This document shows positions 52,304 through 64,000 of a stretch of 64,000 nucleotides of DNA, piece after piece. The notes beneath the pieces are model-generated. The model was not told where the DNA came from and did not search any database. It saw nothing but the letters and a program-made list of their open reading frames with translations. The number at the start of each line of letters is the position of its first letter. Position 1 is the first letter of the stretch. Made by a program: the position numbers and the translations under genes. Source of the DNA: the human T2T-CHM13v2.0 reference genome, Homo sapiens; the NCBI RefSeq assembly GCF_009914755.1, contig NC_060930.1, one strand, 5' to 3'.

Positions 52304-54283
52304 CAAAGGGGGAGGTCCCACTTTAAACCATCAGATCTCATGAGAACTCACTCGCTATCATGAGAATAGCATGGGAGAAATTGTCCCCATGATTCAATCA
52401 CCTCCCAGCAGGTCTCTCCCTCAACACATAGGGATTACAATTCAAGATGAGATTTGAGTGGGGACCCAGAGCCAAACCATATCAGGGTTATAGGCACTGG
52501 GTAAACATTGTCATTCCAAAAGGGAGACATTGGCCAAAAGAAACCCAGTTTCTTTTGAGTTTGAAACCCAGCAAGGCAGTCATTAAATCTTAAAGCTCCC
52601 AAATAATCTCTTTTGACTCCATGTCTTACATCCAGGGCACACTGATGCAAGAGGTGGGCTCCCAAGGCCTTGGGCAGTTCCACCCCTGTGGCCTTCCAGA
52701 GTTCAGGCCCCACAGTTGCTCTCATGGGCTGGCATCAAGTGCCTGTGGCATTTCCAGGCACAGGGTGCAAGCTGCCAGTGGCTCTAACATTCTAAGGGCT
52801 GGAGGATGGCAGCCCTCTTCTCACAGCTCCACTAGGCAATGTCCCAGTGAGGACTCTGTGTGGGGTTTCCAACCCCGAATTTCTCCTTGGCACTGCCCTA
52901 GTAGAGGTTCTCCATGAGGGCTCTGCCTCTGCAGCAGGCTTCTGCTTACACATACAGGTTTTTCCATACACCCTCTGAAATCTAGGCAGTGGCTCCCAAA
53001 CCTCAACTCTTGCACTCTGCACATCCGCAGGCTTCATACCACCAAGGTTTATGGCTTGCACCCTCTGAAGCAACAGCCCAAGCTGTGTCTGGAGCCCTTT
53101 GAGCCAAAACTGGAGACAGAGCAGGGAGCAGGGTCCTGAGGCTGCACAGGGCAGCAGGGTCCTGGGTGTGGCTCATGAAACCATTTTTCCCTCCTGGGGC
53201 TCCAGGCCTGTGATGGGAGAGGTTACCTTCAATGGCTTGGAGGCCTTCTGCCCATTGTCTTGGCTATCAGCATTTGCTTTTCTTTTCATTATGCACATTT
53301 CTGTGGCCTGCTTGAATTCCTTTGCTGAAAATAGGCTTTTCCTTTCTACCACATGACCAGGCTGCAAATTTTCCAAAGTTTTATGCTCTGTTTCCCTTTT
53401 AAATATAAGTTCCAGTTTCAGATAATTTTTTTTCTCACACATATGAGCATACATTGAGAAGCAGCCAGGGCACATCTTGAACGCTTTGCTGTTTAGAAAT
53501 TTCTTCTGCGAGATACCCTAAATCATCACTCTCAAGTTCAAAGTTCCACAGATCCCTAGGGCAGGGGCACAATCCAACCAAATTATTTGCTAAGGCATAA
53601 CAAAAGTGACATTTGCTCCAGTTTCCAATAATTCCTCATCGCCTTCTGAGACCTTCTCAGCCTGGACTTCATTGTCCATATCACTAACAACATTTTGGTC
53701 ACAAAAATTTAACCAGTTTCTAGGAAGTTCCAAACTTTCCTTCATTTTCCTGTCTTCTTCTGAGCACTTCACACTCTTCCAATCTCTGACAGTTACCTAG
53801 TTCCAAAGTCACTTCCACATTTTCAGGTATATTTACAGCAACGCCCCACTCTTTGGTACCAATTTTCTGCATTAGTCTATTCTTACTATGCAGAAATATT
53901 TGAGACTGGGTAATTTATAAAGAAAAAAGGTTTAATCGGCTCACAGTTCTGCAGGATGCAGAGGACGCATAGAAGCTTTTGCTTCTAGGGAGGCCTCAGG
54001 AAACTTGCAATCATGGAGGAGGGTGAAGGGGAAGCAAACACGTCTTACATGGCCAGAGCAGGAGAAAGAGAGAGTGGGGGGAGGTGCTACACACTTTTAA
54101 ACAGCCAGATCTCATAATAAGTCACCCATTCATTATCATGAGAACAGCACCAAGGGGATGGTGCTAACCCATTCATGAGAACTTTGCCCTCATGATCCAA
54201 TCACCTCCTACCAGGCTGCACCTCCAACAGGACATTACAATTCCACATGAGATTTGGTAGAGACACAGATCCAAACCATATCA
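49006..54283 (-). mobile_element. Composite MaLR block: MSTA-like provirus (LTRs 49006-~49320 partial and 53868-54283; internal 52484-53867) containing a THE1D-like provirus (~49318-52483)
   Basis: Perfect 5-bp TSD caccc (49001-05 / 54284-88). LTR-int-LTR-int-LTR order; two homologous internal segments giving MaLR ORF fragments (ESLELPRD/NWLN.FDQN.DSD). Confidence 0.85.
49500..50407 (-). mobile_element. ERV1 solo LTR (LTR1-like) inserted in a MaLR LTR
   Basis: tgaaac...tgtatca ends; TSD caat/cagt; internal ~45-bp tandem repeats at ~50020-50170. Confidence 0.7.
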
Positions 54284-54419
54284 CACCCATAATCCCATCA
54301 CCCAAACCTCACTTTTAAAAAAATCTAGCAAAGTTAGCATGTGAAAGAGAGAAAATGAGAGAAACTAGTTAGGCAAGAAATCTATACTTAGTGCCTGTTT
54401 CTTTCATGAGATTGTTTAT

Positions 54420-55150
54420 GCAGAAATATTTGTTGACTGCCTATTGTGTTCCAGGTACTGAGGCTGCAGTGATGACTAAAAAGTAGTCTCTTCAGGGCAG
54501 TAGTCTCTATCCTGAGGAAGTTAAAAGTCTAGTGAAGACAGACAAATGAAGAATTAGATGCTACAAAGTGGGTGAGTGTGAAAGGAACTCCAAAAGAGTC
54601 GCTTAACCTAGACTTGGGGTGTCAGAGAAAGCTTCACACATACAAACATAGTGCTTGAATGGACCCTGAAGGCTGAGTTTTTCAGGTAAAATGGGTAGGA
54701 AGGTAGATTACAAGCTCTAAGGACGGTAAGGGCAAAGCCATGGAGATTAGATGAGAGCATGACCTATTTAGGGAAAAGCAAGTAGTGTAATATGGCTAGA
54801 GCACAGTTTGAGAGGGATGTCAGAATGTGAGGTGGAACAGGTATCAAGATTACTTATGGAAGGGGACTTACATGCCTTGACAAGAGGATTGGGTCTCTGT
54901 CCCGAAGACAATCACGAGCCATTGGAGGGCTTTAAGCAGGAACATGAAATAATCGTATTTTCATTTTAGTTACATCATTTTTTGACTGTGGAAAATCGAT
55001 TATGGGACAACTCTATAAACAAGGAGACTAGTTAGCAGGCTATTGCACTTATTCTGGTGAGAGATGATGAACCACTGACCTAAAATAAGGCAGTGAGAGT
55101 AGGAACAAAAAAGGATGGATGTGAAATATCCATAAGGTAAAACAGACAGG
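54420..55150 (-). mobile_element. L2 remnant
   Basis: tttgttgactgcctattgtgttccaggtactg and gagccattggagggctttaagcagg. Confidence 0.65.
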
Positions 55151-55396
55151 ACATTGAGGCTGAGGAACAGAGAGCTGTCAAGTTTGCCTGATTTTTTCCA
55201 AGGAGGGGAGGCTCCTAGCACACGATACATGGTTATAAAATTAAGTAAAATTTACAAAAATAACATTCTTTGTATTTTTTAGGCCTTCCCAAATTGTGTA
55301 TGTTTCAGGCCCCAGAAAACCTAGATTAACCCCAGGCAGTAGCAGTTAAGGTTAAGAATTAAAATTAGGATTGAGATGTGAGCTCAACAGTTAATG

Positions 55397-56470
55397 GACC
55401 AAAAGCATAGGCAGCAAAAGAAAAAACAGATAATTTGAACTTCATCAAGATAAAAACTTTTATGCGTCAAAAGATACTAACAAGAGAGTGAAAAGGTAGC
55501 CCATGAAATATGAGAAAACATTTGCAGACCATGCTTCTGATAAAGGATTAATATCCAGAGCATATAAAGAATTTCTAAAACTCAACACAAAAAGCAAATA
55601 ACCCAATTAAAATATGGACAAAGGACTTGAATTGTTATTTTTCTAAAGAAGATATACAGATGGCTAATAAACACATAAAAAGATGGTCAAAACATCACTA
55701 ATTATAAATGCAAATCAAAGCCACAATGAGATACCACTTCACACCCATTAGAATGGCTGCTATCAAAAAAACAAAACAAACCCAAACAGAAAAATAACAA
55801 GTGGTACATGGAGAAATTGGGATCCCTGTGGTTGAAATTGCTGGTTGAAATGTGAAATGGTACAGCCACTGTGGAAAACAGTATGCTGGTTCCTCAGAAA
55901 ATTGACAGAATTACTGTATGATTCAGAAATTTCACCTCTAAGTATATACCCAAAATAATTGAAAGCAAAGACTTGAAAAGATAATTTGTACACCGATTGT
56001 CACAGCAGCATTATTCACAGAAGCCAAAAGATGGAAGCAGCCCAAATGTGTATTGATGGATAAATATGGATATACAGAATGTGGTATATACAACAGAATG
56101 TTATTCAATCTTAAAAAGAATGACACATGGTCCATAAATGAAACTTAAAGATATTACATTAAGTGAAATAAGCCAGTTACAAAAGGACAAATACCATATG
56201 ATGTTTTACTTATATGAAGTAGCTAGAACACTCAAATTCATAGAGACAGAAAGTAGAATGGTGGTTTCCAGGGGCTAGAAGGAGAAGGGAATGGAGAATT
56301 ATTGTTTAATGGGTATAGGGTTTCAACTGGGGAAGATGAAAAAGGTCCAGAAATGAATGGTGGTGATGGTTGTACAACAGTGTGCATCTACTTAATGCAC
56401 TAAATATACACTTAAAAATGGTTAAAATGCTAAATTTTATGTTATTTATATTTTGCCACAATTAAGAAAA
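55397..56470 (+). mobile_element. L1MB-like 3' region
   Basis: L1 3' motifs through tacacttaaaaatggttaaaatg..aattttatgtta. Confidence 0.82.
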
Positions 56471-57191
56471 GATTCATCGATGAAAAGTACTCTTGCTACT
56501 TATGGGAAGTGCATTCCAGTGAACAGACAATCAGAGAATGCTGTTCTATCAATCAATAAGCATTTATTCACTGCTTTCCTCATGGAGATGAAATAGACAT
56601 TTCCTATCCAAGGTCATGGTTAGCTAAAGAGGACGTCTAAATATAAGATTTGAAAGAAAGAGGTAGAGGAAATGTTCTTCTTTCTTCTTTTTTCTATTCT
56701 TTCTTCCCATTTTGGCCAGAAGAATCATAGAGACCAAGTTAGGCAGTCAATGGAAAATGATACTAAATATCTACAAAAGCACCTGTACTAAAGATCTACA
56801 AAAACTTCTTCGGGGTTGGCCAGGTGATCTCAAAGGTACTTTTCAGGTCTTTTATTTGCATCTCAATGTTATGCCTCTTAGGAACATTCAGTATTTGAAT
56901 GGGACTCAATCTAAGGCCATAGAGCAAGGTATAAGGGACTCAGAATCACTATAGACTGTGTACAAGCAACTGAACTCCAATGGAATCAATAATCATACTA
57001 GCTTTTTGTAAGACTTCACACAAATAAGGAAAACATTTTGAGTTAAACATTTTCTAAATGACAACTCTTCTCTTGGTGCAAGTTTCCATGTATAATGAAA
57101 AGAGAATCAGAATCTTGGTTGGTATTCTGGGTCTCATGTTGCCACTAAGCCACCTCTTTTCTTCATTTGTAAAATGAGGAGATTGGACTAA

Positions 57192-57803
<612 letters not shown>

Positions 57804-60226
57804 TTATTTCATATTTTTAGAACAGAATTTTGTTGTATTTGTATGGATATACCACATATCAATCATGCTCCAACTCTCACTTCCACCTCCTAACACACCC
57901 AAAGCATGGTACACAAAATAAGCCTAAATAAGGTGGTTCTTGTTTCTTTAGATAAGTGGTTAATCTAGATGGCTGCATATTGGTAAACATCGTTATAAAA
58001 GAGTTTGACTATGATTTGTTGGTTTCTTGCTATGTGCTTCTTTCTCTTTTTTCCTTATTTTTGTTTCTTCCCCATGAATTCAGAAAACTCATCTCTATCA
58101 TCAACTGATAATGATATTGAAAACCTTCTAAAATGTTTGATACATAATACATGCACAATAAATGTTTATTTCCAATTTTTAGTTAACTTCATTTTCTCAA
58201 CCAACACTATCATTAGCTTTTTCTCTAACAACACAGCCAACCCTTTCTATGAATATCACAATCAACCAGAAGCCAACTGGTTTATCCATCTACTTGGCTT
58301 CCTTTGCAAGCAGGGACTGAATAAGTTTACTTGATAGGTGATCTTGAAAAGCAAGAATATGAGAGAGATAAGGAAAAGCCATTGAAGGACACATTGTTGA
58401 GTTGGTTACCACTTTGGTCAATTGGGACTCAATCTCTGAAGAATCTTGTAAAATGAATCTCAGAATTTTCTCTAGCAAAGACGAAAGGCTAACACATTTA
58501 TCTGCTGTCTCCTTTCACTCACTGATCGAGGATGGCTGCCAGGGGAATTAACATCTCTGTGTGTCTGGTTATTCAATGTGAGCTTAGTGAACTCCTGTGG
58601 CTTTGGAGAGAGTGGGAGTCAGGAAGGCAGAGAGATCCAGCAGGTGCTTGAGGGAAAACTGTGGCATGCATAGGAACTGTCCAACACCTTTGCAGCTGAA
58701 ATCAAAAGAAGTGGCACAAGACATCAAAAGTATCTCCTACAATCTATCCCTTACCTTTCAGATCCATTTTTGCTCTATATGAAATTCATTCTGTCACCAA
58801 CTCTTTAAGGTCATAGCTAGCTTCTGATTGTTAAAAGGACTCCAGATGAGACTTAGTGTAGCAAGCAAATGTCCCTTGCTGCAACTGCTCAAAGGGCCAT
58901 AACTGATATTCATCAGGTCCCACTCAGATTTCCACCCATTCCAGATTTTTTTTACCCTTGGTGAGCACTTCAGCTAATCTAAGTTATTTGGTTGGTGGGG
59001 AGATCCAAATGTCTTCATCCTTGAGGAATCCAAGCTCTTGGTTGGCTTACCCATGTCAGGCTGAGGCTGCTATAATTTTTCATTCAGTGCTTTTGCCAGG
59101 TATGAAAGAGCTAGATGAATCCCAGTTAATCTTTCGAGATCTAGAAATACTCCTTACTGCCTTCATTATTTAGCAATAATCCTAGATGCTTATGATAATC
59201 AGGATCAATTACCTTGCCAGTATGAAAAATGCCTTTCTTTGTCTACTAGTCCTTTGGCATAAAGAGCCAAAGTGAGCAGGGGGTAGTCATAGCTACAGGT
59301 CCTGTGAGATTCTTGCTGTGTATTAATGCTGTGTACTAATGCTACGTATTGATACAAGTCATTTTTCTCCCTCCTACCACCAGTAAAAATTTATAAAAAT
59401 AATTCTTTGCATTTTTTAAGAATGTTAGCAGAGCCTAAGGATGTGAACATAGGAAGCACAAATTCTGCAAGTGGGTCGCTGGGTATGACGGTGAGAGAAG
59501 CCAATTCAACTTCTCCACCTTGGTTTCTAGACTTATGTATCCTAGCTATTAGATACACGGCATTGGCTCAATGCGTATATCACATCCTATAGGCCAAATC
59601 CTAATCATGCAGAGTATTGTCTCCAAACTAGCCGATCTCTAAATTGTTCATTCCAACATTTTATCAGTTCAGCAACTTGTGGATACTGTGGTATATGGTA
59701 GGAACAGTGGATCCCATAGTCTTGTGCCCATGTTGTCTTGTTGTGCCTCCTTCACTATGGGTCCTTTAGTGCAAACTGATGTTATACAGGTAACAACGTT
59801 AGTAAATGAAGCATTCTGTAAGCTGTCAGATAATAATCCTAGAAGCTACACTATGAGCAAGAAGGACAAACTCATATTCAGAACAGGAAACAATTCCAGT
59901 AAGGATGAATCACTGTCCTCTCTGGAGGGAGGATGAGGGATCGGATGCAATCAGTTTGCCCCTAAGTTCTTGGCTAGTGTCCTTGAAGGTTGGTACTCTG
60001 CTGAATGTGTGTTATTGGTTTTTGTTGCTGACAAGTCAGAACTTTGTAGATACAGTAGCTATGCCAGCTTGGTGAGAATGAGCCAATACAGTTGGGGCCT
60101 TGCATGGCCTCCATACCTGCTGACAAAGCTACTATGTTGATGGGTCCATTGCACTAGCATTGGAGTGCCAAGAATAGAGGCTGGCTGACATCTACCCAAG
60201 GGGTAGCCTCTTTTCCTCATTGCTAA

Positions 60227-60652
<426 letters not shown>

Positions 60653-62164
60653 TGACATATAATTGTACACATTGATGGAGTACAGTATAATATTTCAATA
60701 TGTATATACAATGTGTAAGGATCAAATCAGGGTAATTACCATATTATCCATCACCTTTATCAATGGGGCCATGATAGCATTTGGGTCCCCTGTTATTAGT
60801 GTCACCTCAGATCCTGTATCTAACAGCCCTTGAAAGGTCTGAATAAATAGCCATAGGTCTCTTTGGGGGAAGAATTGGAGAGTTAATATATATATATGTT
60901 TATGATGTGATTGCAGGGCCTTTCCTTGAGCAGATCATGCTTCCCCTTCAATTATTGGGTTCTGGGTCTGATAACTCACTCTGGTCTAAAAACTCAACAG
61001 AGTATTATACTTTTCTACTGTGGCACTGATCCTAGCCTACTGCTCACCTGTTTTTACTTTTTTTCTGGTTATGAAAGTCAAGTAATATTTTTGTAGGCTG
61101 CCTATCCATCTCACTCCTGGGAACATGAAGATCTATTATCACAAATCTCTAGGGGCCTGGCAAAACCCTGGTTACCCCTATAGTCTTGCATATTACATGA
61201 ATTATGTCCATCTGGCCTTCGATGTTTAAGTGCAGCTACCTGGACTCTCAAATAATTGAATTCTTTTTATTCCCATTGACCCTAGAAGGCTCAATTCTGT
61301 GGCAGAATTTTATTCTGTGAACCCCAATTCATAGAGGCCACTGCCACTAACCTTTCATAAAATGCTGGTATGTTCCTTCTTACCTTTGTGGAGGGAGTAC
61401 AGTAGGAAACAGTCAGGCGATTGGTCTCACATAAAAATCTCATTCTCTTATGCCCACTTCCTTGAGCCTTCTGACCTTTTTTTAAATAGACAACTGTGGC
61501 ATCTCTACATTGTTATCATGTCCAAGTTTCAAGGCACCGTCTTAGCAGTGTGTTGGGACAAACTCCAGGAGTCCTTGATGGGATGTTACCGTGAGTCACG
61601 GGAGAATTACACTCTCCTGTATTCAGCCTTATATCTCACTTACCTATCCTATTCAATTTAACACTTTCAGATTTATTCCCATAGATCTTTTCCTCTTTCC
61701 TGTCAGAATTTTTCTGTAATTCTTTCAGCAAGTTATTTCTTCCCATAGAAGAAACAGTACCTTCCCTCTTACGGTATGCTAGAACTTGACACATTTTCAA
61801 GCTACAGGCAGTTAGAGGAGTCACTGGAGGGATCCCAAGGAGGACGAGTAACATCTTCCAAGACACTCAACTCAGGAAGGTTTTCATCCTCTTCAGGCAA
61901 GGGAAGACTGCTGTCCTCCAGCAAGAGGCAGGAGACTGGTTTCTGTAACCTCCCTGATTCAAGAGCACCCAGGATTTAAGGTCCTCATCCATATCCTCAC
62001 AGAGGCCTTCATCCCAAGTCTGAGTCCCACTGTTTCCCTATCAAAGCTGTGACTTTAGCATAGATCTTTAGCGTAGAAGACCTGTATATTCAGTCTCCTT
62101 TGCCATTCTGCCACCCCTAAGATTGAATTTGGAGCTTGAATTTTAGCACAGACTGCCCTTTCAT

Positions 62165-62300
62165 CTTTTTTTCCTTCCTTCCTTCCTCCCTCCCTCCCTC
62201 CCCTCCCCTCCCTCCCTCTCTCCCTTCTTTCCTTTCTTCCTTCCTTCCTTCCTTCTTTCCTTTCTTTTTCTTTCTCTCTCTCTTTTCTTTTCTTTCTGTT
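62165..62300. repeat. Polypyrimidine (CCTT/CT) tract, tail of an Alu monomer
   Basis: ttcc/ccct/tctt runs read directly. Confidence 0.85.
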
Positions 62301-62302
62301 TC

Positions 62303-62436
62303 AGAGATGGGATCTCACTCTGCTGCCCAGGCACAATCATAGCTCACTGCAGCCTTAAACTCCTGAGCTCAAGCGATCCTTCTGCCACAGCCTCTCGAGT
62401 AGCTGGGATTACAGGAGCAAGCCACTGTGCCTGGCC
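62303..62436 (-). mobile_element. Alu monomer
   Basis: Single antisense arm. Confidence 0.8.
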
Positions 62437-63764
62437 CGACTGCCGTTTTGCTACACAGTCCCTTTACTTGCTGTCATGGAAGACTTCTGACTTTCACAGA
62501 ATGTCTTGACCTGATAGTTGGCTGACCTGAACTCGTCTTTTTCTTTGAGGCAGTCTTCAAAACTCTTATGGCATTTCACAAAAGCCAGTCAATTCCACTA
62601 CTGTTATAATTACCATTGCCCCCTTTCATCCCAGTATTAGATACTATATAAGTGAAGCTTTCCCTTCCACAACATCCTGTCCACCACGGGTGAGAGTTTG
62701 ATTGTTATGCCAGAGGTTATCAACACCACAATTACTACCAGCAATGGAGCTTTTGTTTTCATCTGACTGGTGAGTAAACCTGTTCCAGAATACCATCCCG
62801 AGGGGATGCTTTCTCCAACTACACCAGATATTACTGTCTTAGTTTGGGTCCACCCAAAAGTAGAGCATGAGGTAAGGAATTGAGTTCAGGTAATTTATTT
62901 GCAAAATGACTCCAGAAAGTAGGAATGAAGGAGTAAGCTTACTGAGAGAAGGAAGATGGAAAAGTAAAAAAAAAAAAGGAGGGGATGTTATTGAACTAAT
63001 TACCGCAGTGGGCAATTGGGCTCAAGCCTTCCGAGGATCCTTTGAGGAACCATGTGGAATACACTTGAGAATGGCCCTGCAAAAGAGGGGAGGCTGAACA
63101 ATTTATCCCCTGGCACCACTGGCTGGGGTTCTAATGGGGGAATATTTCTCCTTTGGGCTTGCCCTGTACACTTATAAGCTCCTAGCATATAAGCTCCCAC
63201 TGCTTCCTTGGTAAAGGATGTCAGAGAGATGAAGAGGAACTTGTGGTGGGACTCTGTCAGCATGCATAGGAAAGTGCATTACAGCTGCAGCAAAAAAAAT
63301 CAAAGGTGGGCTGAGTGGATGTAGAGCATCTACTTTATCACAAAAGCCAGTCCCGTACACCCAGCAAATGGTCTCCTTTAATTAAATATTCCCATCTCTT
63401 CCTTGCTAAGAACCCTACTTATAAGCCCTATTCATTCTTACCAGGATAACCTTTGTCTCCTCAAAGGCACCGAGAGAAGAAACAATCCATGTGTGTTTTA
63501 TAAAACGTGCTGAAGTCAGGAAAGATCCTAGTGAGAGGCATTGGTGAGTTCCTGTTAGGTGTTCTTTTTTTACACTTTTTATTAAGTTCCTGGGGGAAGA
63601 ACTATAAGCAAGTTGTAGTTATCCAATCCCTTGCTCCTGGCTTGAAAATCCAGTGGCCAGAGACAGAATTTAGCTCTACCTTTCATGGCACTCTTTGGGT
63701 GGTCTCTCAGAGAGGATATTATAATATCTAGATGAGAAATAATATAGGCTTTTATTTTCTTTCA

Positions 63765-64000
63765 TTATTTATTTATTTTAGAGGTAGGTACTCTGTTGCC
63801 CAGGCTACAGTGCAATGGTGTGATCATAGCTCACTGCAGCCTCGAACACTTGGGCTCAAGTGATCCTCCCACCTCAGCCTCCTGTGTAGCTAGGACTACA
63901 AGTGCACACCACCACACCTGGCTAATTATTTTTATTTTTATAGAGACAGGGTCTTGCTATGTTGCCCAGGCTGGACTTGAACTCCTGGCTTCAAGTGATC
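63765..64000 (-). mobile_element. AluJ (runs off the window end)
   Basis: Antisense diverged Alu. Confidence 0.88.

Noticed and set aside
50680-53800. Paired similar ORFs (up to 186 aa) suggesting a duplicated gene
   Set aside because: Decayed MaLR internal ORF present twice because of the nested THE1/MST elements.

Overview
Primate (almost certainly human, given an AluYb8 copy) genomic DNA, AT-rich and repeat-dense, with one CpG island at about 46.1-47.5 kb. The island holds the first coding exon of FAM184A on the minus strand: ATG at 46495, 53 codons (MATPGMSWQQHYYGGS...KKIAQLTK), then a GT donor. Everything to the left is intron, and I recognised no downstream coding exon in the window. 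The intron contains the MADE1-derived microRNA MIR548B (37241-37337, minus), a retrotransposed Y4 RNA pseudogene, a MER85 piggyBac MITE, solo LTRs (MER4-type, MER41A-type, HERV-W LTR17, MaLRs), an internally deleted ERV1 provirus and multiply nested L1/Alu stacks. Right of the island lie a chimeric MSTA/THE1D MaLR block with an LTR1-like insertion and an old ERVL/LTR16-type proviral remnant. Nearly all other ORFs in the track are Alu, L1, LTR or low-complexity artefacts. I found no convincing wholly new biological system. The best leads are structural: an L1 3'UTR patch inside another L1's ORF2, the recombined MaLR, a uORF whose stop overlaps FAM184A Met6, and MITE sites for domesticated transposases. 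Repeat subfamily names come from recalled consensus sequences and need RepeatMasker/Dfam confirmation.
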